A stretch of 61,869 bases of DNA, the filler included. It is 9 parts of 9 records of this genome, joined end to end, with 100 filler letters (N's around TTAATTAATTAA, not from the genome) between each part and the next. Parts side by side here need not be neighbours in the genome. Positions count along the whole stretch, not along the records: positions 1 to 5,496 come from SRR31156797_31296; positions 5,597 to 10,860 come from SRR31156797_31319; 7 more parts are not named here. One strand, written 5' to 3'. The translations under genes were made by a program, and so were the position numbers. The first letter of the stretch is position 1; each line of letters opens with the position of its first letter. Below are positions 1-9,390 of this stretch, piece after piece. The notes under the pieces are model-generated. The model was not told the DNA's origin. It worked only from the letters and a program-made list of their open reading frames with translations, and searched no databases.

Positions 1-2
1 GG

Positions 3-2123
3 AGCCATGAATCAGATAGTTTAAGAAATCTTATTGTTACAAGGGTGAAACAAGATACGAATAGGGTAAGATTGTTAAATGAAGCTGGATTGAAGATCAT
101 TAAAAACGAAAGGGAGCTGGCAAAAGAATATGCCGATGAAGCACTAAAGTTAGCTAATAAACTTGGCTATAAAAGGGGAATAGCAGATGCTCAGGTGGTT
201 TTGGGTAATTATTATAGCCATAATCGTGAATTTGACCAGGCTCTGGAACATTATCAGGAAGCATTAAAAGAATATCAGGAATTGGATTCAAAAATATTTG
301 TGGCTAACGTTTATCATCATCTTGGAACCATTTATCGGCTTAAAAACAAGTACCGCGATGCATTGATGCATTACAAAAAAGCTTTGGCAATCAGAGAAAT
401 AGTAGGTGGTAATAGAGCTAGTGCTAAAATTTCCAATAATATTGGTGGAATCTTCTGGTATTTAGGGGAATTTGATAATGCATTTGTTTATTACAATAAA
501 TCATTGGAGTACTTCAATAAAATGGGGGAGAAAAAAAGTAGTGCAGTGTGCTTAACCAATATCGGGATGATTTATTCGAACAGAGGTGATTATGAAAAGG
601 CATTGTCCAATTATCAGCATTCACTTGAATTGTATCAGGAAATCAATGATTTGGAAGGTATCTCTAATAGTTATATAGGAATTGGAATAATCCATAACTA
701 CAGGGGAAATTCGTCAAAAGCATTGGAATATTATCAGAAATCGTTAGAGATTGATGAGAGACTGGGGAAGAGTGACAGGATATCGGCTACCCTCTTAAAC
801 ATTGGAAGCATTTATAAAGCACAAGGAGATCTTACAAAAGCTTTAAAATATTATGAGCTTGCACATACATTAAAAAAGGATTTAAATGATGATCGTGGTT
901 TAGCCCTGTCATTAAGTAATATTGGTAATATTTATAATTCAAATCAAGAGTTTGATAAGGCTTTGGTGTATTATAAAAATGCTTTAAACATTCAAGAGAA
1001 TATTGAGGATAAAAACGGTCAGACGGAAAGTTTAAAAAATATAGGAGAGATTTACAGAATTAAAAAAGACTATCAAAGATCATGGGAATATTATTCACTG
1101 GCACTAAATTTAAATAAAGAAGTAGGCGATAAATATAAGGAAACAGCAATATTTAATCAACTGGGAATATGGTATTACGAGCAGGAGAAATATTATGATG
1201 CATATGAATGCAGCCAAAAGGCTTATAGTTTGGCAGAAGAATCAGGCAATATGAAGTTGTTGAAGGAGACTTCAAAATTATTGGCAAAAAGTTGTGCTGC
1301 TATGGGGCGATACAAAGATGCGTACAATTACCATGTAATTTATAAAACCACCTATGACAGTTTGTATAACGCAGAGAATATTAAGAGAATAACACGTATT
1401 GAGTATGAATATGAATTTAAGAAGGAGAAGCAACTATTGGAAGCCGAACGGGAACAGGAAGAGGCTTTACTTCAGAAAGAAATTAACTATCATAAGACTT
1501 TGCGTAACTATTTTTTAGCTGGATTTCTAATTGTTTTTCTTTTGGTTGTATTATTATGTCGTGGATATTTTCAAAAGAAAAAGGCAAATAAAATTCTATC
1601 CGATCAGAAACATGAAATAGAAAACCAGAATGAGTTAATTAAGCTTAATTCGAAAATGATTCTCAAACTTGAAAAAGAAAAACATGAGATGGTGTTGATG
1701 AACAAGCAAAAAGATCTTGAGGCAATTCTTTTGAATAATCAGATGAAAATGAAAATGAAAAATGATCTTATTGTGGACCTTCAAAAGATCAGGAAAAACA
1801 AAAATAATCTGGAAACCGGAATTCAATCCATAATTAACAGGCTAAAGTATCAAATTGAAGAAGAACGGAAAATGGATGTTCTACATGACAATATTCATGA
1901 AGTAGGAAATGATTTTGTAGAACGCTTGAAAAATAAATTTGTGGAGATTTCAAATTCAGAGATAGAACTATTCTCGTTATTAAAATTAAAATTATCAAAT
2001 AAACAAATTGCAATTCAACGAAATACAAGCCCTAATACTATTAATGTGGCTTTGCACCGACTTAAAAATAAATATAATTTTAATACAACTAATGAACTAA
2101 AAGAATATATTGTCAATTTCTAA
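3..2123 (+). CDS. TPR-repeat sensor with a transmembrane helix and C-terminal LuxR-type HTH (5'-truncated)
   Basis: Frame is open from base 3 (SHESDSLRNL...QDTNRV). It has many TPR repeats (NIGxIY...AL.YY.KSL), one TM segment (YFLAGFLIVFLLVVLL), a coiled coil and a C-terminal HTH (LSNKQIAIQRNTSPNTINVALHRLKNK). Confidence 0.85.
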   Translation, partial: SHESDSLRNLIVTRVKQDTNRVRLLNEAGLKIIKNERELAKEYADEALKLANKLGYKRGIADAQVVLGNYYSHNREFDQALEHYQEALKEYQELDSKIFVANVYHHLGTIYRLKNKYRDALMHYKKALAIREIVGGNRASAKISNNIGGIFWYLGEFDNAFVYYNKSLEYFNKMGEKKSSAVCLTNIGMIYSNRGDYEKALSNYQHSLELYQEINDLEGISNSYIGIGIIHNYRGNSSKALEYYQKSLEIDERLGKSDRISATLLNIGSIYKAQGDLTKALKYYELAHTLKKDLNDDRGLALSLSNIGNIYNSNQEFDKALVYYKNALNIQENIEDKNGQTESLKNIGEIYRIKKDYQRSWEYYSLALNLNKEVGDKYKETAIFNQLGIWYYEQEKYYDAYECSQKAYSLAEESGNMKLLKETSKLLAKSCAAMGRYKDAYNYHVIYKTTYDSLYNAENIKRITRIEYEYEFKKEKQLLEAEREQEEALLQKEINYHKTLRNYFLAGFLIVFLLVVLLCRGYFQKKKANKILSDQKHEIENQNELIKLNSKMILKLEKEKHEMVLMNKQKDLEAILLNNQMKMKMKNDLIVDLQKIRKNKNNLETGIQSIINRLKYQIEEERKMDVLHDNIHEVGNDFVERLKNKFVEISNSEIELFSLLKLKLSNKQIAIQRNTSPNTINVALHRLKNKYNFNTTNELKEYIVNF

Positions 2124-2234
2124 ATGAATCGGAGAGCTTTGCAGTTGTTCTGTTTTTTTAGATGGTATGAAAAACCAGTTTATTACCATTTGTATTTTTA
2201 ATATTATTATTTTCACACGCACAAATATTACTTA

Positions 2235-2957
2235 ATGCAAATCGACGTTTTTATTCCTTGTTTTATTGACCAGTTTTATCCGGAAACAGCTGTAAATTTT
2301 GTTGCTATTCTGGAGGTAGCAGGATGCAATGTAAATTACAATAAGAAACAAACTTGCTGTGGCCAGCCAGCTTTTAATAGTGGATACTGGAAGGAAGCAA
2401 AAACCATTGCAACAAAATTTCTCGATGATTTTCAAATGGCAGACATTATTGTTGCTCCATCAGCTTCATGTACCGGATTTATTCGAAATTATTATCATAA
2501 ATTGTTTGAAGAAGATGAGGATCTGCTTAAACGGACAAACAAAATTAGAAAGCGCGTTTTTGAGTTTACCGACTTTTTAGTTAATCATGTGAAAGTTACA
2601 GAACTTGGAGCGGAATTCAACCACAAAGTAACATTTCACGATTCATGTGCCGGATTGCGCGAGTACGGAATAAAAGAAGAGCCACGTAAGTTATTGTCGC
2701 AGGTAAAAGGTCTGGAACTGGTAGAAATGGAGAACCTGGAAACCTGTTGTGGTTTTGGGGGAACTTTTGCCGCCAAATTTCATCATATTTCTACTGCTAT
2801 GACGGAGCAAAAAGTGGAAAATGCATTAAAAACAGGCGCAGAATATATTGTTTCTACTGAGGTCTCGTGTTTAATGAATATGGAGGCTTACATTAAAAAG
2901 CAAAAACTTCCGATTAAAACCATTCATTTGGCCGATATTTTGGCACATGGGGCATAG
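2235..2957 (+). CDS. CCG-domain (Fe-S)-binding protein, LutA/YkgE family (lactate utilisation)
   Basis: FIPCFIDQFYP, QTCCGQP, FHDSC and ETCCGFGGTF motifs. Confidence 0.85.
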   Translation: MQIDVFIPCFIDQFYPETAVNFVAILEVAGCNVNYNKKQTCCGQPAFNSGYWKEAKTIATKFLDDFQMADIIVAPSASCTGFIRNYYHKLFEEDEDLLKRTNKIRKRVFEFTDFLVNHVKVTELGAEFNHKVTFHDSCAGLREYGIKEEPRKLLSQVKGLELVEMENLETCCGFGGTFAAKFHHISTAMTEQKVENALKTGAEYIVSTEVSCLMNMEAYIKKQKLPIKTIHLADILAHGA

Positions 2958-2999
2958 GGCAAGGAGAAAAAAGCCATTGGTCTTGTGCAAGGTGCAACA

Positions 3000-3034
3000 A
3001 AAAAGAGCGATTCAAATTCTGAATCGCTCTTTTT
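3000..3034. terminator. Bidirectional intrinsic terminator between convergent genes
   Basis: AAAAAGAGCGATTCA-AATTC-TGAATCGCTCTTTTT perfect stem with A/T tails on both sides. Confidence 0.85.
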
Positions 3035-3074
3035 GCCCAGTGTTTTTATGCGCTATGCTTTCAGCCCATAGCTA

Positions 3075-4898
3075 CTAGAACATCTGCATACCGTGAAGCT
3101 TCTTATATCTACCCTTAAGATTAATAAGTTCTTCGTGGGTGCCTTGTTCCACAATTTTACCTTTGTGAAGCACACAAATTAAATCGGCGTGTTTTATGGT
3201 TGAAAGACGGTGGGCTATCACAAGAGAAGTCCGGTTTTTCATTAAATTTTCCAACGCTTCCTGAACCAGTTTTTCTGATTCGGTATCTAAAGCCGAAGTT
3301 GCTTCATCAAGAATTAAAATCGGTGGATTACGCAAAATTGCACGTGCAATGGACAAACGTTGTTTTTGTCCCCCCGACAGCTTGTCGCCACGATCGCCGA
3401 TTTTGGTTTTGTAACCTTTTTCTGTACCCAGAATAAATTCGTGTGCGTTGGCAATTTTTGCAGCTTGCTCTATTTCATCTTGGGAAGCTCCTTCAACACC
3501 AAATGCGATGTTGTTTCGAATGGTATCGTTAAAGAGTATAGGTTCCTGGTTTACATTACCAATTAAATCACGCAACGATTTAAGTTTTAAATCGCGTATG
3601 TCTGTTCCATCCACTTCTATATTTCCTTGTGTAATATCCCAGAACCGGGGTAATAAATCAACCATCGTGGTTTTTCCACTACCCGAAGAACCGACTAAAG
3701 CAATTGTTTTTCCTTTTTCAATATTAAGGGTAATATCAGAAAGAACTTCGACCGAATCGTAAGCAAATGAAACACTTTTATAACTAATGTTTTGCTTAAA
3801 AGAAGCTATCTCTTTAGCATCTTTTTTATCTGTAATGGTTAGCTTTGCAGCCAAAACATTATCTATTCGATGCATCGATGCCAATCCTTTTTCAATACTA
3901 TATAAAGCCGTTGAGAATGCTTTGGCCGGATTGATTATTCCATAGAAAAATACCATATAGCCTATAAATTCGGAGGCTGTTAGTGATGATTGCCCCCCTC
4001 CTAAAATAATACGACCACCATACCAGAGAACGATTACAATAACAATGGTTCCTAAAAATTCGCTTGCAGGGTGAGCCAGATTACGTCGCCACATCAAACG
4101 GTTCATAATTGAACGGTAATTCTGATTTTCGGTTTGAAAACGCCCGATGGCCTTGTCTTCAGCATTAAATGATTTTATTATTCGAAGTCCGGATAAATCT
4201 TCTTCAATAATCGAAAGAATTTCTCCCAGCTTGTTTTGCCCTTTAGTCGACACTCGTTTCAGACTCCGGCCAATTCGTCCAATAATTATTCCGGTAACCG
4301 GTAACATTATAAACACAAACAAGGTAAGTGACCAACTCATGTATATCATAACGCCCAGGTATACCATGATTAAAATTGGATTTTTAATCATCATTCCCAG
4401 CGAGTTGGCGATTGAGTTCTCTACTTCCTGTACATCACTGGTGATACGGGCCATAATATCGCCTTTTCGCTCTTCTGAGAAATACCCCAGAGGTAAGCCA
4501 ATTATCTTTTTGTAGATCAATGAACGAATGTCGTAAACTACACCGTTTCGCAGGGCAATTAGTACAAAGTCGGCGAGGTATGTAAAACCAACCTTTAATA
4601 AAGTGGCTATAACAAGTATAAAACCAATTAGCAACAAGGCATCTTGTTCATTGTGCTTTGAAATAAACTCACTAATATAATAATTTACATTGTTCGTTAT
4701 GGAATCTGCAGTGAGTGCCCATTCCACTTTCTCAGTTACTTTTTCTTTTGTTTGGAATAATATATCCAACGCAGGAATAAGCATGGCAAATGAAAAGGTA
4801 CCGAAAACTGCACCAAGTATATTGTAACCAACATTCATGACGATTTTCCACTTATAAGGCGGAACAAATCGTTTCATGAGTTTTAGAAATTCTTTCAT
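3075..4898 (-). CDS. ABC exporter, fused permease/ATPase (MsbA-like)
   Basis: N-terminal TM domain, Walker A GSSGSGKT, signature LSGGQKQR, Walker B LILDEATSALD. Confidence 0.9.
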   Translation of the reverse strand: MKEFLKLMKRFVPPYKWKIVMNVGYNILGAVFGTFSFAMLIPALDILFQTKEKVTEKVEWALTADSITNNVNYYISEFISKHNEQDALLLIGFILVIATLLKVGFTYLADFVLIALRNGVVYDIRSLIYKKIIGLPLGYFSEERKGDIMARITSDVQEVENSIANSLGMMIKNPILIMVYLGVMIYMSWSLTLFVFIMLPVTGIIIGRIGRSLKRVSTKGQNKLGEILSIIEEDLSGLRIIKSFNAEDKAIGRFQTENQNYRSIMNRLMWRRNLAHPASEFLGTIVIVIVLWYGGRIILGGGQSSLTASEFIGYMVFFYGIINPAKAFSTALYSIEKGLASMHRIDNVLAAKLTITDKKDAKEIASFKQNISYKSVSFAYDSVEVLSDITLNIEKGKTIALVGSSGSGKTTMVDLLPRFWDITQGNIEVDGTDIRDLKLKSLRDLIGNVNQEPILFNDTIRNNIAFGVEGASQDEIEQAAKIANAHEFILGTEKGYKTKIGDRGDKLSGGQKQRLSIARAILRNPPILILDEATSALDTESEKLVQEALENLMKNRTSLVIAHRLSTIKHADLICVLHKGKIVEQGTHEELINLKGRYKKLHGMQMF

Positions 4899-4946
4899 AT
4901 AGAAGTTGAAGCCAGAAACCTGTAGCCTAGCTTCCTTATATTTTAT

Positions 4947-5496
4947 TTAAAAGATACCAGTATAATTTTGCGGAGTAATTGCTTTTAACTCCTCTTTTAC
5001 TGCCTCACTAACGTCAAGTGTGTCAACAAAATTGTGTATGGTTGTTTTGTTGATTGCTTCGTTTTTACGCGTAAGGTCTTTTAATGCTTCGTATGGATTG
5101 GGGTAAAGCTCACGACGTAAAATAGTTTGGATAGCCTCTGCAACCACCGCCCAGTTGTCTTCCAAATCTTTTTCTATAGCTTCGGTATTTATTAGCAATT
5201 TGTCGAGTCCTTTTAAGGTAGATTTAATTGCAATTATCGTATGACCAAAAGGTACACCAATAAAACGGGTTACCGTAGAATCGGTAAGGTCGCGCTGCAA
5301 ACGAGAAACCGGAAGCTTTTGTGCCAGTTGTTCAAAGCTTGCATTGGCAATGCCAATGTTGCCTTCTGAGTTTTCAAAATCAATCGGATTAACTTTATGT
5401 GGCATAGCCGATGATCCAACTTCTCCTTTTTTAATTCTCTGTTTGAAATAACCCATTGAGATGTAGGTCCAGATATCGCGGTCTAAATCAAGAATA
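4947..5496 (-). CDS. purB: Adenylosuccinate lyase, C-terminal part (truncated by spacer)
   Basis: Fumarate-lyase signature GSSAMPHKVNPIDFENSEGN and SRLQRDLTDSTV. Confidence 0.95.
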
Positions 5497-5596
5497 NNNN
5501 NNNNNNNNNNNNNNNNNNNNNNNNNNNNNNNNNNNNNNNNTTAATTAATTAANNNNNNNNNNNNNNNNNNNNNNNNNNNNNNNNNNNNNNNNNNNN
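5497..5596. other. Artificial contig spacer N44-TTAATTAATTAA-N44. It recurs at 10861-10960, 16515-16614, 22469-22568, 29399-29498, 37103-37202, 44038-44137 and 50426-50525.
   Basis: Identical 100-nt structure with stops in all six frames. Genes are cut and base composition changes at the junctions. Confidence 0.98.
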
Positions 5597-6300
5597 AGCG
5601 TCAGGATGGCGGCCGGATAGGTCAGTTTATAGCCTTGGGTCGTGTGCAGCGCACTCCAGAGGGGCCAGGCGGTGGCAGCATTTCCGATCAAAAAACCTGA
5701 CAATACCAGCGGGATGATGGCAACCAGGAAGATCCCTTTCAAGTACGGGCGTACCAGGTAGACAATCGTCACCACGGAGAAGAGCGCGGCCGCATTGACG
5801 AATGGCCACCACAAAGGAAACAGGAATACCTCGAACGGCTGGTGTCCGTAGTATTTCCAAACGCCCAATTGCAGCGCGACGGGTTCGAAGAAGAATTCGA
5901 CGACCGTCATTACGATGTAGGCTTTCCACACCCCCGCCTTGGTTACACCTGTTTGAAAACGGCGAACGATCGGGACCACGAGGGTACCGTAGTAGACGAT
6001 GTAAGCGAAAAAGATCAGGTAGGGAATCGGCCGGCCAAAGGTCTCGATGGCGACCCATTGCCCTTCTATGGGGTGAAAGCACATGCCGAGATTGTCGATG
6101 ATGGGCTCGCCGAAGACACAGACGGCCCCGCCGATGGGGATCAGTAGGTGCGCCGGATCGCGGTCCTTGTATGCAGCATAACAGGTGTACAAGATACCAC
6201 CCAGGGCCGCCACACCGAAGACGATGGTGAAGACGAGTTGCCAAGGCTCGGGCATGGTGGCGTCCCAGGGAATCTGAAGGTATTGTGTGTGCGGGTTCAA
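5597..6300 (-). CDS. Uncharacterised polytopic membrane protein with internal two-fold repeat (3'-truncated)
   Basis: AAGGAG RBS 5 nt before TTG at 6300, about 7 hydrophobic segments, repeated motif EPIIDNLG.../EPVALQLG... Confidence 0.75.
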
Positions 6301-6530
6301 TTTATCTCCTTGTAGGTTCGCTTTTTCGGCTGTGGATGAAGCATTACTGGAATATCTGGTCGTCAATCACCATATACGCTTCATTCTATCCTTCGGTCGA
6401 TCCGAAAACAAAAGGTTCTCAAAAAACCACTATTCCTGCGGCCTTTTCTTTTGGATTCTGTTACATCATACAATTCTTCTAAAAAATTACAATATCGGAC
6501 GAATCAGGGGGAAATGCCAGGAGAAAACTG

Positions 6531-7523
6531 TTATTTTCCGAGTGCGATAAGGTGGGACCGCAGGTTCGCCTTTTTGTTTTTGATACCGATTTTACTTCGG
6601 ATGTTGTCCCGGTGAAAGGCGATGGTGGTGAGAGAGAGATTTAATAGTTCCGCTATCTCCTTGGAGGTCTTGCCAACATTTATCAGGCTGGCAACCCGGA
6701 TTTCCGCGGGTGTCAGATCCAGATATTTGGAGGATAATTTGTGGATGAAGGGAGAAATGATGTTTGTAAGGTTTTTTTCAAGGGCGTCTGTGTAGATCTT
6801 TTGTCTTTCATTCAGTCGGCTTTTTTTCAACTTCTCGAGGTAGGGTTCGATCTGCTCCTTCACATTGTTCAACACAACTTCTTCCAATTCCGCCTTGTCG
6901 GCATGCCGCTTTTCCAGAAGTACCGTGAGTGCGGTGTTGAGATCTTCGAGATTCCTTGATTTTTCGTTCAGATCTTCCTCGGTTTTCTTTCGTTCCTCGA
7001 TTTCCTGAACAAGGGCGCGGTTGGCGGAGACGAGTTCCGCCGTTCGTTCTTCCACCCGTTGTTCCAGTTCGTCCCGGGCCTTTGTAAGGGCCTCCTCGGC
7101 CTGCTTGCGTTTGCTCACGTCCCGCTGGACACCGATGTATCCGGTCACCCGGCCCTGTTCATCGGTCAGCGGGGATACCTTTCCCTCGGAGACGAAGGTG
7201 CCGCCATCTTTGGTACGGCTCAGGTATTCGCCGGTCCACACCTTGCCCGATTCCATGCATTGGAAAATCTCTTTTTGTGTCTGTTCCGGCACCAGGCTAT
7301 TGGCCAGAAGTTCCAGGGTCTGGCCGATGAGTTCTTCCGGGTCGTACCCACAGGTTTTTTTGGTCGCTGCATTGGCATAAATCAGCTCATAATTGGCATT
7401 GGTCACCAGGACGGAATCCATGATCTGTTCGGTGATGGAACTCAGGAACCGGAGCTGCCGCTCCATTTTTTTAATGGCATGAACTTTTTGTTCCAGCTCT
7501 TCATAGCTCGGCTTTTGGGCCAT
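6531..7523 (-). CDS. PAS + coiled-coil + LuxR HTH transcriptional regulator
   Basis: Start MAQKPSYEELEQKV, PAS/PAC domain (YANAA...GYDPEELIGQ...GVQRDVS), HTH LTPAEIRVASLINVGKTSKEIAELLNLS. Confidence 0.9.
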   Translation of the reverse strand: MAQKPSYEELEQKVHAIKKMERQLRFLSSITEQIMDSVLVTNANYELIYANAATKKTCGYDPEELIGQTLELLANSLVPEQTQKEIFQCMESGKVWTGEYLSRTKDGGTFVSEGKVSPLTDEQGRVTGYIGVQRDVSKRKQAEEALTKARDELEQRVEERTAELVSANRALVQEIEERKKTEEDLNEKSRNLEDLNTALTVLLEKRHADKAELEEVVLNNVKEQIEPYLEKLKKSRLNERQKIYTDALEKNLTNIISPFIHKLSSKYLDLTPAEIRVASLINVGKTSKEIAELLNLSLTTIAFHRDNIRSKIGIKNKKANLRSHLIALGK

Positions 7524-7628
7524 TTGGATCCCTCTCCATGGATAAAGAAACCGATGAACTCCAACTATGAGGGAAAAACTGGTAAACATCAAATGATATA
7601 TTTGAATTTACAAAAAAATACAATGGAC

Positions 7629-8957
7629 TCATGCAAATTGACCGATTACCCTTTTTGCCGCCCCTTTGCCGCTGACCAAGGCTGCGTTGACCCCGCCGAT
7701 GGGTTCCAGATCGCCGGCCAACTGAACACGTGCCATGGGATCCACGGAGCGCTGGTAGGCGGATATCTGTTTGAACCGCCCCTGTTTCATGATGGGAACG
7801 ACCCGTGGCCACCGCCCGATGGCGTAATCTTCCACGTCTTTGGTCAGATCGCCGTAATAGGGTTCGATAAAGGAGAGCACCTGGGACAAAACCGCTTCGT
7901 CGGGGGTCGTAAGGTTCGCCGCGCACCATTCATGGCGGCAAAACACGGTCATCAACCCCTTGTGGTCCGGCGCACGCCCGGCCGCCTTCTTGTGGTCCAC
8001 GATTACGCCGCACAGATCGAGGTTCTCGTTGGGAGAGACCATGATATAGGTGGCCGGATTGGACGGCCGTTTGGACAGGCCGATGTGGGTGTTGACACTG
8101 GTTACATACTCGGTGGACTCGTAAAATTCCCGCTGGATTCCGGCAAGTTGCGGATACATGGCCAGTACCCGGTCGGCGGTGGCCGTGATGATGCAGGCAT
8201 CGAAGGGGTCGCAATGTTCGTCGCCGCCATTGTTCGTGTAACTCACCTCCACCCGGTCTTTGCAGTCGGTGACGTTGGTGATTGTGTGTTCCAGGCGGAC
8301 GTCCACCTGTTTGGCCAGTGCCCGGGGCAGGGCGTCCATGCCGCCGTCGAGACCGTAAAAATAGGGCTTGAAGAAATTCTTCATGGTCCACAAAAGCTGT
8401 CCCACGGAAGAATAGGACCCATCGGACAGCCAGGGCCCCCGGGCGACCACGCTGGCGATATAATCGTATAGTTCTTCGTTGAGTTCTCGTTGGCAATAGG
8501 ACTGCACCGTGTCTGTGTCGATTTTTGCGATACCGGTGGCGTCGTGGTAGTTCAGGTTCTTCCACTGTTTGAGAAGAAAATAGAAGAGCTTGATCGCTTT
8601 TGCCTTGCTGCCCGCAGAGATGTAGTCGGTACCAAGGATGCTGCGAATGGGTTTTTTGAGATCGAGGAACCGGAGCCTGCCGTCCCGGGGCATGGCGCCG
8701 TACGCTTCGAATGACCCCATCTCGTTTTCGAGGCCCACTTCTTTCATTAATTCGATGGCATCCAGGTAGCTGCCCAGGTAGATAAAGGCGCCCACATCGA
8801 ACAGGAAATCTCCCCGTTTGAAGGAGCGGATTCGCCCGCCGACATAATCGGCCGTTTCGAATACGGTGGGGGTGAGCCCTGCCTGCTTCAGACGAAATGC
8901 CGCGGTCAACCCGGCAATCCCTGCGCCGATCACTGCGATTTTTGCTGGCTTCGACAT
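7629..8957 (-). CDS. FAD-dependent oxidoreductase, amine-oxidase/HemY (protoporphyrinogen oxidase)-like
   Basis: IAVIGAGIAGLTAA...GGRIRS...FDVGA dinucleotide-binding motif and C-terminal LAGD...GVNAALVSG. The start region carries a 20-bp duplication. Confidence 0.8.
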   Translation of the reverse strand: MSKPAKIAVIGAGIAGLTAAFRLKQAGLTPTVFETADYVGGRIRSFKRGDFLFDVGAFIYLGSYLDAIELMKEVGLENEMGSFEAYGAMPRDGRLRFLDLKKPIRSILGTDYISAGSKAKAIKLFYFLLKQWKNLNYHDATGIAKIDTDTVQSYCQRELNEELYDYIASVVARGPWLSDGSYSSVGQLLWTMKNFFKPYFYGLDGGMDALPRALAKQVDVRLEHTITNVTDCKDRVEVSYTNNGGDEHCDPFDACIITATADRVLAMYPQLAGIQREFYESTEYVTSVNTHIGLSKRPSNPATYIMVSPNENLDLCGVIVDHKKAAGRAPDHKGLMTVFCRHEWCAANLTTPDEAVLSQVLSFIEPYYGDLTKDVEDYAIGRWPRVVPIMKQGRFKQISAYQRSVDPMARVQLAGDLEPIGGVNAALVSGKGAAKRVIGQFA

Positions 8958-8982
8958 GGTTTTGCTGGCTTCGACATGGTTT
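8940..8982. repeat. Exact 20-bp tandem duplication spanning the start codon
   Basis: TTTGCTGGCTTCGACATGGT x2 (8941-8960, 8961-8980). Confidence 0.95.
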
Positions 8983-9390
8983 GGCTCCTCTTTGCGAGAT
9001 ATATGGCATTCAAGATAATAGCTAATAGTAAGGATGTGGCCCTGCGTCAAGTAAGAATTTAAAAACAGCAAATAAATATTTGAATACGACCTTGGATTTG
9101 CCATGGTAAGGGCAATGCGGTAGCAATTTTTAAAGGGAAAGTCAGGTCTGGAAGTACATGGGCGTATCTCTTGTTTTCCATACTCTGCGGGTTATTGCAG
9201 GTAAACGGTTCTATAAAACGCCGTTTTCCCTGGGACAACCCGATAGAAAGTTAAAGCAAAAATTTGAAAAAAACAAATAATCGCTTGACGTAATGGGATG
9301 GGGCATGTAGCGTTGTTTTCAACACCAACTAATGCGATTTCTTCATTGCAGCGGCGACAACCGATGGGACGCCGTGGAGAGGAGTATATT

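Noticed and set aside
3-2123. TPR-rich protein as a possible defence or toxin component
   Set aside because: The TPR-TM-LuxR architecture is a common Bacteroidota one-component regulator, and its neighbours are housekeeping genes.
5497-5596. Regularly recurring TTAATTAATTAA flanked by Ns, as a possible repeat array or CRISPR
   Set aside because: It is an artificial six-frame-stop linker between contigs, not biological. No CRISPR array or cas gene was seen in the window.
6301-6384. In-frame ATG...TGA upstream of the membrane protein (MKRIW*LTTRY...), suggesting readthrough
   Set aside because: A better start exists (AAGGAG + TTG at 6300) and the upstream peptide looks non-coding. No SECIS-like context is evident.
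7059-8471. Long alternative ORFs (e.g. 7059-8471 +, 7930-9009 -, 9841-10797 -, 34647-35678 -, 44172-45323 +, 45500-46432 +, 47478-48344 -, 48215-49651 -)
   Set aside because: These are shadow ORFs antisense to or overlapping well-supported genes in GC-rich DNA, with no recognisable motifs.
8958-9104. 49-aa N-terminal extension of the FAD oxidoreductase in the ORF track
   Set aside because: This is AT-rich promoter-like DNA. The Rossmann motif starts right after MSKPAK and the SD lies at 8985-8990.
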